Below, in pieces: positions 40,627-50,716 of a stretch of 64,000 nt of DNA. The notes beneath the pieces were generated by a model. That model worked only from the letters and a program-made list of their open reading frames with translations, was not told the DNA's origin and ran no database searches. The position numbers and the translations under genes were made by a program. Source of the stretch: Balanoglossus misakiensis (taxonomy: Eukaryota > Animalia > Hemichordata); contig JBECUI020000033.1 of NCBI GenBank assembly GCA_040954595.2, forward strand, positions 134,659 to 198,658, written 5' to 3'. Position 1 is the first letter of the stretch; each line of letters starts with the position of its first letter.

Positions 40627-41691
40627 GTGGCTCAAGGGGTAAAGTTAAGAAACTTAAGCAAAACTTTTCTTACCGACAAGGGAGAAGTCTGTGCCGTGGA
40701 TAAGGTTAACCTGGATATTGCCCCGGGGGAATTTATTTGCCTTCTTGGACCTTCAGGTTGTGGTAAAACGACCATCCTGCGGATGCTTGCGGGCTTTGAG
40801 ATCCCTACTACGGGTTCCATTCTGATCGGTGACAGAGATGTGGCCCGGCTTAGCCCGGATAAGCGGGATACGGCCATGGTCTTCCAAAGTTATGCCTTGT
40901 TTCCCCACTTGAATGTTTTCGATAATATTGCCTATGGTCTGAAAATTCTAAAGATGAATAAGGCTTCCATCGCGAAGAAGGTTCACCATGTGCTGGAAAT
41001 GATGGGGATGAAAGATTTTGCCGAACGTAGTCCTTCCCAACTCTCTGGTGGGCAGCAGCAGAGGGTTGCCGTGGCAAGAGCTCTGGTATTGGAACCCGGA
41101 GTGCTCCTTTTTGATGAACCCCTTTCTAATCTGGATGCCAAGTTGCGTCTGGACATGCGTGTCGAGATACGCCGGATTCAGAGTAGGGCAGGGATCACGT
41201 CTATCTATGTCACCCATGATCAGAGTGAAGCCATGGCCATTGCCGACCGCATTGTCATTATGAACGAAGGCCGTATTCAGCAGGTGAACACCCCTCAGAT
41301 AATCTACCAGAAATCGATTAATCCCTTTGTGGCCAACTTTATTGGCCGTACCAATTTCTTGAAGGGAGAGGTGGAAAGTGTCGGTGAAACGGAGGTTCGG
41401 GTAACAATTCACAATAAGTCCGTCCCTCTGCCTCTGCCAGAGGGACGGACTTATTCGTCGGGTCAGAAAGTTCTTATTATGGCCCGTCCCGAAACCATCA
41501 ACATGGGCGGGGAATTCATGGCCACCGTTTCCCGTTCGGTCTTTATGGGAGAAAACCATGAGTATTCCCTTGACTTTGCTGGAGATGCGGTAGAAATGGT
41601 GGTAAACAATCCTGTGGGACGACGCGTCTACAAGGTGGGGGAGTCTATGGAGTTTTCCTTTGACCTGAAGGGCCTTTACCTTCTTAATTGA
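40627..41691 (+). CDS. ABC transporter ATP-binding protein (AfuC/FbpC/PotA family)
   Basis: GPSGCGKT, LSGGQQQR, LLFDEPLSNLD, YVTHDQ; C-terminal TOBE-like region. Confidence 0.95.
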   Translation: MAQGVKLRNLSKTFLTDKGEVCAVDKVNLDIAPGEFICLLGPSGCGKTTILRMLAGFEIPTTGSILIGDRDVARLSPDKRDTAMVFQSYALFPHLNVFDNIAYGLKILKMNKASIAKKVHHVLEMMGMKDFAERSPSQLSGGQQQRVAVARALVLEPGVLLFDEPLSNLDAKLRLDMRVEIRRIQSRAGITSIYVTHDQSEAMAIADRIVIMNEGRIQQVNTPQIIYQKSINPFVANFIGRTNFLKGEVESVGETEVRVTIHNKSVPLPLPEGRTYSSGQKVLIMARPETINMGGEFMATVSRSVFMGENHEYSLDFAGDAVEMVVNNPVGRRVYKVGESMEFSFDLKGLYLLN

Positions 41692-41733
41692 AGCAGTCTC
41701 CCTTGTTTTTCTCCAAAGACGGGGGGAAGCTGC

Positions 41734-42102
41734 CTAGTCCAGAAAGATCTCACGGGCCGTCTGGGCCTGGGCGGCGGAGGTGTAAATGTCGATATCTTCG
41801 TCTCTGACCCAGCCATTAAGGTTGTTGATTTTTATCTCAAGCCAGTAGCGGCCCGGTTCTTCTGCCGACTGCGTAGAAAGCACTTCCACAATATCTCCCC
41901 GGCGTAGCACCCAGACAACGGGACTCTCTGAACTTCTGATGGTCTTTAGAACGCGTTGGTAAGATTTGTTAGCCACGCCCCACTGGGTACGCGCTGTCAG
42001 AAGGGGAGTAGGGGGGAGTTCCCGCTTGGGAAGAGGGGGGGCTTGCTGGCAGCTTGTTGTCATAAGGAGGGTAAAAATGTAGATGGCAAGCAAAATTTTC
42101 AT
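41734..42102 (-). CDS. Small lipoprotein with bacterial SH3-like domain
   Basis: Lipobox MTTSC; L.RGDIVEVL...W.EI....GWV SH3b pattern; overlaps the uvrB stop. Confidence 0.75.
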   Translation of the reverse strand: MKILLAIYIFTLLMTTSCQQAPPLPKRELPPTPLLTARTQWGVANKSYQRVLKTIRSSESPVVWVLRRGDIVEVLSTQSAEEPGRYWLEIKINNLNGWVRDEDIDIYTSAAQAQTAREIFLD

Positions 42103-44093
42103 TAGCCTTCTCCTTGCAATTTGGAAATTTCATCTCGGAGAACGGCTGCTTCTTCAAACTCCAGATTCTTAGCTCGTTCCAACATTTCTTTTTTCAGTGC
42201 TTGGATAAGATGTTTCTTCTGTTTTGGATCAAACAGGTTCGCTGAATTCTTCATCATCTCTACAGTTAATTTTTCGGCATTTTGACGCTCTTCTTGCTTG
42301 CGAATAAGAATATCTTTTATTTCTTTTTTTATTGATTGAGGAGTTATCCCGTGGGTTTTGTTATAGCTTTCCTGGATCTTCCGGCGACGTTGAGTTTCGG
42401 CAATAGCTTTTTCCATGGCCGTCGAAGTCTTATCGGCGTACATGATGACCCGCCCCTCCACATTCCGGGCTGTGCGTCCTATGGTTTGAACCAAGCTGGT
42501 CTCAGAGCGGAGAAAGCCAATCTTGTCGGCATCCATGATGATGGTCAGAGAAACCTCGGGGATGTCTAAGCCTTCCCGGAGCAGATTAATGCCCACCAAA
42601 ACATCAAAAACCCCCTTGCGGAGATCGCGTATCAGCTCCACTCGTTCTATTGTTTCCACCTCGCTATGCAAATAACGGGCCTTGATACCCAAACTCCCCA
42701 GATAGTTGGTAAGCTCTTCCGCCATCTTCTTTGTCAGGGTGGTAATCAGCACCCTCATGTTCCGTTCTATACGGCGCTGAATTTCTTCGTAAAGGTCTTC
42801 AATCTGTCCCTCGGTGGGGCGCACTTCAATTTCAGGATCCAGAAGCCCGGTAGGACGGAGAATCTGCTCCACAAGCATCGTCGACTTTCTTAGCTCCTCA
42901 TGGCCTGGGGTTGCCGATACATAAATCACTTTTTTTAAGCAGCTTTCAAATTCATCATAAACCAGGGGACGATTATCCAGAGCCGAGGGGAGGCGAAAAC
43001 CATAATTAATCAGGTTGGTCTTCCGGGAGCGGTCTCCTTCGTACATGGCCCGAACCTGGGACAAGGTAACGTGGGATTCGTCCACAAAGACCAGAAAATC
43101 TTTGGGGAAATAGTCCAGGAGAACTTCGGGCCTTTCTCCGGCTTCTCTTCCGGTCAACTGACGACTGTAGTTTTCTATCCCCGAGCAACGTCCCATTTCC
43201 CTAAGCATTTCCACATCGTATTCGGTTCGTGCCTTTATGCGTTGGGCCTCGGCAACCTTGCCCTGATTTTCCAGAGTTTGCAGCCACTCCTCCAGCTCTT
43301 CTTCAATGGCCATGATGGACTGCTTAAGCCTTTCTTCAGGCATAACAAAATGCTTAACGGCATAAATTGTGCAGGTATCGATATCTTCAAGGGCCACTCC
43401 GGTAAGGGGATGGATGCGGTGAATACTTGCTATGGTGTCAAAATCCAGACTGATCCGGTAGGCCACATCTCTCAAGTAGCCGGGATAAATTTCCAAAGTA
43501 TCACCCCGCTGCCGGAACTTTCCCCGCTCCAAGAAGTTGTCACTCCTTTGATACTGTAAATTAATAAGTTCCCGCCGGAACTTCGAAATATCCAGCACAT
43601 CTCCCCGGTGGAGCTGCAATCGCATATCCCGATAGGTAGAAGCATTCCCCAGGCCATAAATGCATGAAACCGTGGCTACGATTACTACATCGGAACGCTC
43701 CATCAGACTCATGGTGGCCGACAAGCGCAACCGATCAATCTCATCACTAATGCTGGCATCTTTTTCTATAAAAAGATCTCGGCTGGGGACATAAGCCTCC
43801 GGTTGGTAGTAATCATAGTAGGAGACGAAGTATTCCACGGCATTCTGGGGGAAAAATTCCTTAAATTCCCGGTACAATTGTGCCGCCAAAGTCTTGTTGT
43901 GGCTGATTATCAGGGTAGGAATCTGGACTTGTTCAATAACTTTAGCCATGGTAAAAGTCTTGCCTGATCCTGTTACACCCAGCAGGGTTTGATAACGATG
44001 ATTGGCCTCTATTCCTTTTACCAACTTTTCCACAGCCTGGGGCTGATCTCCTGCGAGACTGAAGGGAGCTACCACTTCAAAGCAATTTTTCAT
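42102..44093 (-). CDS. uvrB: Excinuclease ABC subunit B
   Basis: GDQPQA, GVTGSGKT, YFVSYYDYYQPEAY, DESH, GINLLREGLD, UVR domain. Confidence 0.98.
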   Translation of the reverse strand: MKNCFEVVAPFSLAGDQPQAVEKLVKGIEANHRYQTLLGVTGSGKTFTMAKVIEQVQIPTLIISHNKTLAAQLYREFKEFFPQNAVEYFVSYYDYYQPEAYVPSRDLFIEKDASISDEIDRLRLSATMSLMERSDVVIVATVSCIYGLGNASTYRDMRLQLHRGDVLDISKFRRELINLQYQRSDNFLERGKFRQRGDTLEIYPGYLRDVAYRISLDFDTIASIHRIHPLTGVALEDIDTCTIYAVKHFVMPEERLKQSIMAIEEELEEWLQTLENQGKVAEAQRIKARTEYDVEMLREMGRCSGIENYSRQLTGREAGERPEVLLDYFPKDFLVFVDESHVTLSQVRAMYEGDRSRKTNLINYGFRLPSALDNRPLVYDEFESCLKKVIYVSATPGHEELRKSTMLVEQILRPTGLLDPEIEVRPTEGQIEDLYEEIQRRIERNMRVLITTLTKKMAEELTNYLGSLGIKARYLHSEVETIERVELIRDLRKGVFDVLVGINLLREGLDIPEVSLTIIMDADKIGFLRSETSLVQTIGRTARNVEGRVIMYADKTSTAMEKAIAETQRRRKIQESYNKTHGITPQSIKKEIKDILIRKQEERQNAEKLTVEMMKNSANLFDPKQKKHLIQALKKEMLERAKNLEFEEAAVLRDEISKLQGEG

Positions 44094-45325
44094 GGATTAG
44101 AATCGGGTCTTTCTGAAAGAATAATATCTAGGGTAATTTCTCTGTTGCCCCGTAGAAGTTTAATATTGATACTATCCCCGGGGCGGGTACGTTCTAAGGC
44201 CGCATAAAGCTCCCCTAGAGTAAAGACCTTTTCTCCTCCGATGGCAGTAATAATATCTCCCCCAAGATAGATGACGCTGTTTCCTGACCGTACCGCCCTA
44301 TCCTTGGTCCCGCCCCGAATGCCCGCCCTGGCGGCATTGCCCTCTGGCGTTACCTGCGAAACCAAGATTCCTTGTGAGACAGAAATCCCAGCATAGCGCA
44401 CCAGGGAAGGGAACAATTGGACAGGCTCAATGTCAATCCAGCCACGAACCACATGACCATAAGCAATCAAATCAGGTACCACCCGTTTAGCAGTATCCGC
44501 CGGAACAGCAAAACCAATACCTATAGAGCCGCCCGAAGGGGAATAGATTAAGGTATTAACGCCAATCATCTCGCCTCTTGTATTAATCAGGGGCCCCCCG
44601 GAATTTCCGGGATTAATAGAAGCATCGGTTTGGATAAGGTCCTGGAAAATCAACCCCTTAGTGTTTTTAAGTGGACGTCCCAGCCCGGAAATAATGCCTG
44701 TGGTCAGAGTTCTCTCAAAGGCAAAGGGATTCCCTATGGCTAGAACCTTCTGACCCACCTTCAGGTCCATAGGGCTTCCCAGGGGAATGGTCACTAACTC
44801 CTTGCCCTGAGGATCAAACTTTATGACCGTCAGATCCGTTTCGGGATCTACCCCGATAACCTCACCTTCGTACTGATCCCCATCAGCCAGGGTAATGCTG
44901 ACTTTATAAGCATTCTCCACCACATGGTGATTGGTGAGAATATAGCCCCTACTATCAATAATCGATCCTGATCCCGAGGTGCCCTCCCGGGGGACAGGCT
45001 CTAAAAACCACGTGTAACTGACTACCTCGGTGGTTATGTTGACCACTCCCTCATTGAGTTTGTCGTAGAGTTCGATGTTGAGCTTTTCCGCCTCAAACAT
45101 CCCCCCCTCTGGATTGACCGCTGCCAGAGAAGTATTAGCAGGATTAATCATCGGCTGCCAGGACGGCAGTTCTCCTTCTTCCTGAATCGATGAGATTTCT
45201 CGAACACCCTTCTCTCCAATTCCCTTAAAAGTGGGAATAAGCCCAAACCCCATAAGCAGAAGAAGTGCTGCCAGGACACTGAAAACACTATAAAAAATAA
45301 CATGACGGCGACGATACAGTTTCAT
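44090..45325 (-). CDS. htrA: HtrA/DegP-family serine protease with one PDZ domain
   Basis: SGSG, LTNHHV, D...DL, IQTDASINPGNSGGPL, IGFAVP; ATG 45325 chosen. Confidence 0.93.
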   Translation of the reverse strand: MKLYRRRHVIFYSVFSVLAALLLLMGFGLIPTFKGIGEKGVREISSIQEEGELPSWQPMINPANTSLAAVNPEGGMFEAEKLNIELYDKLNEGVVNITTEVVSYTWFLEPVPREGTSGSGSIIDSRGYILTNHHVVENAYKVSITLADGDQYEGEVIGVDPETDLTVIKFDPQGKELVTIPLGSPMDLKVGQKVLAIGNPFAFERTLTTGIISGLGRPLKNTKGLIFQDLIQTDASINPGNSGGPLINTRGEMIGVNTLIYSPSGGSIGIGFAVPADTAKRVVPDLIAYGHVVRGWIDIEPVQLFPSLVRYAGISVSQGILVSQVTPEGNAARAGIRGGTKDRAVRSGNSVIYLGGDIITAIGGEKVFTLGELYAALERTRPGDSINIKLLRGNREITLDIILSERPDSNP

Positions 45326-45399
45326 ATAATAAAGTATATAAGGATTGCGTGGAGCTGCCCACCCTAGGTACACTTCACAATAGCCTTTTTCCGAAATAG

Positions 45400-45592
45400 A
45401 TTATTCCGAAAATCCACCCAGGAAATGTCTGTAAACCTTCATAATGCCGACGTTGTCAAGCTTCCAGCAGATCAACTCCAACCATGCTCGTGTGGTCATT
45501 CAGCCCCGCTCGGACATAGCCACCCTCACAACACGATGACAGGCCTTGGAAGTAATACCAAGACTACGCCGTTGTGAAAAAAGAGTCTCCTT
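45400..45592 (-). pseudogene. Degenerate duplicate of the comM 3' end
   Basis: Collinear nucleotide similarity to 48578-48772, e.g. ttccgaaaatcca, aagcttccagca.atca, catagccaccct, gacaggcc.tggaag, accaagactacg, aaaaagagtctc. Confidence 0.8.
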
Positions 45593-46146
45593 GAGATAGG
45601 GAGAATAGTCGCTGTAGGTTGGGGAGAAGTCTATCTTGCTGATACTGAAGATGAGGACTTTGATGTTATTGAAGGAATTTGAAAAACCGGGGTGATTTGT
45701 CAACATTTGTTAAGGATTGCGAGAGCCGCAGAAACTGCCTCACATCGAGCAGCATCGGAAACTTCAAGGGTTCCCCACCGTGAAGTTCCAAAAGCGGTGA
45801 GTCTTTCCTTCTGAATTTTCTATGATCCAGAGATATTCTTTCAGGCAACAAAGAAACTTCAGGACGAATGGCTCATAAGAATCAAGAACTTCGATCCAAT
45901 ACACGCCTAGCATATAATCCAATGCAGAGATTGGAATAATATCCACGAAATGGCTTCAGGAGAAACTCCTATTATAAAACTTTCTCCTTTTGATACCAAT
46001 TCCCGCTTTTCTCCTAAGGTCTTACACAACTCCGATAAGTGCATCACTTAAGACAACCCCAAGCAAATTTCCTTGATTTTTAGAACAATTTTCAGTATTT
46101 AGTATAAGTCATGGTAGAAATTCAGCCCACTTAAGGAAGAGCCTTT

Positions 46147-46647
46147 ATGCAAAATAAACTATTACCTAAGCAGGCGGACAATAACTACAGCTTTCACAAG
46201 GCCATTCTGTATATATTCGGGGCGATGACATTGCTTACCATAGGCAGAAGCTTGGCCCACATTTTTCTACCTGACGGTGGTGCCAACTCCATAGCCACCA
46301 TCATCAACTTCGACGGGAATCCTGACCCCGATACTGTCATCTATAATATTTTTGCCCTCTGGGGCCTGGCCCAGCTGGCTATGGGGGTAGTGTATGCGAT
46401 TGTACTTTTTCGCTATAAAAATCTGATTCCCCTGATGTGGGTTTTCATTCTGGTGGAGTACCTCCTGAGGGTATTCATAGGAAAGGCTCTTAAACCTATG
46501 GGCGAGGCCTATCTTCTCGGAACGGCTCCAGGTGAAGTGGGAAATTATATTTTTGTTCCTCTGGCTTTGATCATGATTATTTGGTCACGTGCAGGAAAAC
46601 CCAGGGTACCCCGATCCCCCCCGAGCCCCCATGCGTCAAACTCTTAG
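46147..46647 (+). CDS. Hypothetical 4-TM membrane protein
   Basis: AAGGAAG RBS; RSLAHIFLPDGGA.SIA, WGLAQL, YKNLIP, TAPG; C-terminus runs into the repeat array. Confidence 0.8.
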   Translation: MQNKLLPKQADNNYSFHKAILYIFGAMTLLTIGRSLAHIFLPDGGANSIATIINFDGNPDPDTVIYNIFALWGLAQLAMGVVYAIVLFRYKNLIPLMWVFILVEYLLRVFIGKALKPMGEAYLLGTAPGEVGNYIFVPLALIMIIWSRAGKPRVPRSPPSPHASNS

Positions 46648-47655
46648 ATGAACAGAAGAATCTCCTTTTTCAAGGGGATATCACAGGCATAGGTAGAATA
46701 GCCGCCCAGGGCACCCCGAGCCCCTATGCGTCAAACCCTTAGATGAACAGAAGAATCTCCTTTTTCAAGTAAATATCACAGGCAAAGGTAGCATCCCCCC
46801 CGAGCCCCCCCCAGGCCCCCATGCGTCAAACCCTTAAATGAACAGAAGAATCTCCATATTCAAGTAAATATCACAGGCAAAGATAGCATCCCCCCCGACC
46901 CCCCCCCCAGGCCCCCACGCGTCAAACCCTTAAATGAACAGAAGAATCTCCATATTCAAGTAAATATCACAGGCAAAGGTAGCATCCCCCCCAAGCCCCC
47001 CCCGACCCCCCACGCGTCAAACCCTTAAATGAACAGAAGAATCTCCATATTCAAGTAAATATCACAGGCAAAGGTAGCATCCCCCCCAAGCCCCCCCCGA
47101 GCCCCCATGCGTCAAACCCTTAAATGAACAGAAGAATCTCCATATTCAAGTAAATATCACAGGTAAAGGTAGCATCCCCCCCGGCCCCCCCCAGGCCCCC
47201 ATGCGTCAAACCCTTAGATGAACAGAAGAATCTCCATATTCAAGTAAATATCACAGGCAAAGATAGAATCCCCCCCGAGCCCCCCCCCGATCCCCCACGC
47301 GTCAAACCCTTAAATGAACAGAAGAATCTCCATATTCAAGTAAATATCACAGGCAAAGATAGAATCCCCCCCGAGCCCCCCCCCGATCCCCCACGCGTCA
47401 AACCCTTAAATGAACAGAAGAATCTCCATATTCAAGTAAATATCACAGGCAAAGGTAGCATCCCCCCCGCCCCCCCAGGCCCCCATGCGTCAAACCCTTA
47501 AATGAACAGAAGAATCTCCATATTCAAGTAAATATCACAGGCAAAGGTAGCATCCCCCCCGAGCCCCCCCCAGGCCCCCATGCGTCAAACCCTTAAATGA
47601 ACAGAAGAATCTCCTTTTTCAAGTAAATATCACAGGCAAAGATATCCCCCCCCCC
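46605..47655. repeat. Tandem array of 11 units of ~95 bp (conserved ~65-bp core plus three poly-C tracts)
   Basis: Unit starts (a[t/c]gcgtcaaac) at 46631, 46726, 46821, 46917, 47012, 47107, 47201, 47297, 47393, 47485 and 47580. Confidence 0.97.
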
Positions 47656-47867
47656 ATCATACCCAACGAACCAGACTTCTTTACTAACGAATATGTCCAT
47701 GTTAAAAAAATTGAAGAACTGTAATATTGACAAGAGACCCAATACTGATAACGATATTGTATTAAATTCTGTAGAAAAATTATCGGAAATCGAAATAGTT
47801 GACTATGGGCGCAAATTCATCATGGTTCTGCCTTGGACCCTGATGAGTACTTTGATAAAGGGGACTG

Positions 47868-48200
47868 ATGAAATCAAAAATCTTGGGGATTGTAATCGGT
47901 TTAATTCAAATCTTCGACATTGCCATTCACGTTGCAGGCGGCCAGGCAGAAAGTCTCCGTATTAGCTCAAATATCATTATTCTAACCGGGCAGGCATTGT
48001 TGGTAATTCTCAAAACAAAAACCGTGTTATTCACTGCCAGCATGATAAGCTTATACCTCATCTTAAACACAGTTTTCCTAATCCTGGAGGGTCCGATCAA
48101 CGCCCATACAGGTGGACCGAGAACTATACTGTTTCTTTTGGTAGCAGCAACCACGGTAATCTCCTCAATACAGCTTTTCAAGATAAGGGTAAGTTCATAA
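47868..48200 (+). CDS. Hypothetical small 4-TM membrane protein
   Basis: AAGGGG RBS, four hydrophobic segments, DIAIHVA and GGPR motifs. Confidence 0.7.
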   Translation: MKSKILGIVIGLIQIFDIAIHVAGGQAESLRISSNIIILTGQALLVILKTKTVLFTASMISLYLILNTVFLILEGPINAHTGGPRTILFLLVAATTVISSIQLFKIRVSS

Positions 48201-48577
48201 CTGCCCAATACAGGCATGCCTCAACACAGCAATCTGGAGACAAGAATATGAAGAATGTCCAGACAAGGAATGTGCTAGCAGGGTCAAATTGACAAAAAAG
48301 GAGCCCCAGCACTCCCCCCTACCTAAGGCTCACAAAGAAGACCTGGATGTCCTTGCCTCAATAATCCCAAGAAGTCTTCGGGGACTGGCCCTTCATCTTT
48401 GTTAAATCCGGCCTCGACCATAAGCCACAACCCTGCCCCCTATCAACACCCCAAACCGACCCTCCGCCTTCCTCCTGGGCTTTGGCGGCAAATCTTCCCC
48501 AACTTTGTCAGGGGCATCCCAAGCCACACCCCTCCAGAGCCCTGGCCCCGAAGCTATTATCAAGAGGAAGCAAACAG

Positions 48578-50128
48578 CTAATTCCGAAAATCCAACCAGA
48601 AAATATCCTTATCCCCATAACGTCGATGTTGCAAAGCTTCCAGCACATCATCCCGGACAATGCCCTCACGCTCATCCAGGTCCGCTATAGTCATAGCCAC
48701 CCTTAAAACGCTATGACAGGCCCTGGAAGAAAGACCAAGACTACGAGCCGCTTCAACAAAAAGAGTCTCTGTTTCCCCTGACATCACCAAAAAGCGGGAA
48801 AGTTCCCGGGGGGTCGTATGGGCATTGTCCCGTGCTGGACTATCGGCATAGCGCCTCCTCTGCCTTTCGACCGCCCCTTTGACCCTCTCTCTCACCACGG
48901 CACTCGACTCCCCCGGCTCTGCCAGAAGCCCCAGAGGATCCAGCGGCCTCACTGGTATACGAACATCCATACGATCCAGAAGAGCCCCCCCCATTTTTTT
49001 CCAGTAGCGATAGATCTCCGGCCTGGTACAAACGCAGTGCGACTCCTCCCGGCCGAGATTCCCGCAAGGGCAGGGATTAGAAGCCAGAACCAACTGGAAA
49101 TCGGCAGGATACCACCAGCTTCTCTCTGCCCTAGCCACATCCACTCTTCTGGACTCCAGAGGCTCTCTCAGGGCCTGGAGAATACGGGGACTGAACTCCG
49201 GAGACTCATCAAGAAAAAGAATACCCCGATGAGCCAACGAAGCCTCCCCAGGCCGTGCCGAAGTTCCCCCGCCAATAAGCCCCTCCATCGAAGCCGAATG
49301 GTGAGGTTCTCTTAGAGGAGGCCGTCGTATCAAGCCCCTCTCTGGAACCTCCAGACCCACCTGAGAATAAATCCTTGTTACCTCCAGAGCCCCCTTTTCA
49401 TCCAACTCCGGCAACAAGGAAGGCAAAATGCGGGCGGCCATCGTCTTACCGCTACCCGGAGGACCAAAAAGAAGAAGATGATGCCCCCCCGCCGCAACAA
49501 TCTCCAGAATCCTTCGGAGAATGGGTTGTCCCTTCAGTTCCTTTAAATCCGGCCCTGACCCATAATCCACAGCCTTAATCCTCGGCACTGGAGGCAACTG
49601 TACCTCCGGTTTTTCCCCTCGGGCCCAGCGTCGGCAAAGCTCCCCCATTTCCGTCAGATGCCCAATCCCATAAACCTCTCCCCCCTCCAGAGCCCTGGCC
49701 TCGTAGATATTATCATGAGGAACCAAACAACGAAGAATCCCCGCACTGCGGGCTGCCGCCGTCGCCGAGAGCACCCCCTTTACCGGCCGTACCTCCCCCG
49801 TAAGAAGAAGCTCCCCGACGCACAGAAGCGACTCATCCCCCCCCGTTTCCACCTGTCGGGAAGCCAGAAGAACCCCCAGAGCAATAGGCAAATCATAAGA
49901 GGCCCCCTCCTTTCGGACATCCGCCGGAGCCAAATTAACCAGCAATCTTTCTTGTGGAATAGCAAAACCACTTCGTCTCAACGCTATCCTGACCCGTTCT
50001 CTGGCCTCTCGCACTGCCCCATCAGGCAAGCCCACAATATCCATTCCGGGAATCCCCCGCCGAATATCAACCTCCACAGAAACAATGCACCCCGAGTACC
50101 CTCTTCCGGCATAAGCAACAACCTTCAT
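48578..50128 (-). CDS. comM: YifB/ComM Mg-chelatase-like AAA+ ATPase
   Basis: VEVD, VGLPD.AVREARERV, NLAPAD.RKEG..YDLPIA, GPPGSGKTM, PHHSAS, AHRGILFLDE, NPCPCG, LLDRMD, LSSRA. Confidence 0.95.
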   Translation of the reverse strand: MKVVAYAGRGYSGCIVSVEVDIRRGIPGMDIVGLPDGAVREARERVRIALRRSGFAIPQERLLVNLAPADVRKEGASYDLPIALGVLLASRQVETGGDESLLCVGELLLTGEVRPVKGVLSATAAARSAGILRCLVPHDNIYEARALEGGEVYGIGHLTEMGELCRRWARGEKPEVQLPPVPRIKAVDYGSGPDLKELKGQPILRRILEIVAAGGHHLLLFGPPGSGKTMAARILPSLLPELDEKGALEVTRIYSQVGLEVPERGLIRRPPLREPHHSASMEGLIGGGTSARPGEASLAHRGILFLDESPEFSPRILQALREPLESRRVDVARAERSWWYPADFQLVLASNPCPCGNLGREESHCVCTRPEIYRYWKKMGGALLDRMDVRIPVRPLDPLGLLAEPGESSAVVRERVKGAVERQRRRYADSPARDNAHTTPRELSRFLVMSGETETLFVEAARSLGLSSRACHSVLRVAMTIADLDEREGIVRDDVLEALQHRRYGDKDIFWLDFRN

Positions 50129-50716
50129 AAAGCCTCCACTCATAATAACTTTCCCAGGCACCCCCAGGCTTCAAGGCAGAACCTTATCAATAAAATATTC
50201 TGGCGCCCGGGCGGGCTTTCCGGGGCTTTGGTCCTTACGGACCGCCTCCGGCGCCCCTCCAATCCCTGGCGCTAGGTCCCCGCCCCCTCTATACTCAAAC
50301 CGACCCCTCAACCTATCAGGTCCCATCGGTCTCCAATGTCCTCAAAACCGGACTGGCGGAATACCTCTCGTTCCGTCCCCCACCTTAAGCCCTCAGAAGC
50401 GGGGAGGATTGTGGGCGGTACTCAAGACATATGGAGGACCTTCGAGAACCCAAACGCTCCTGGCAGCAAGCCTGACAGCCGGAGACGTTTTTCCCCTCAG
50501 AGCCTCGGAATTACATTTCCCAGACCTTCCTTTTTACTCTTATGGATGTCATGGAAAACTCAGCTGAAATGCAGAAATTTCTAACAATTAGAAGGGAGTT
50601 GTGATCATGCCATAGGTTTTCTGGTGATTGAATACAATATGCATTAAAATAGTACTGTAAAAAAAATACATTGAAGAAATTAAATTAAACATTAATTTCA
50701 AAGAGTAGAAGTTTCG

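Noticed and set aside
46605-47655. CRISPR array
   Set aside because: Constant part is ~65 bp, the intervening parts are near-identical poly-C tracts rather than unique spacers, and no cas genes are in the window
47693-47965. 90-aa ORF after the repeat array
   Set aside because: Overlaps the better-supported 47868-48200 membrane-protein gene and its likely promoter (ttgaca/ttgact boxes); no motifs
34503-50275. Long antisense ORFs (34503-35117, 40948-41559, 43071-43559, 48818-49315, 49658-50275)
   Set aside because: Shadow frames opposite well-supported genes (nrdA, ABC ATPase, uvrB, comM) with no recognisable motifs
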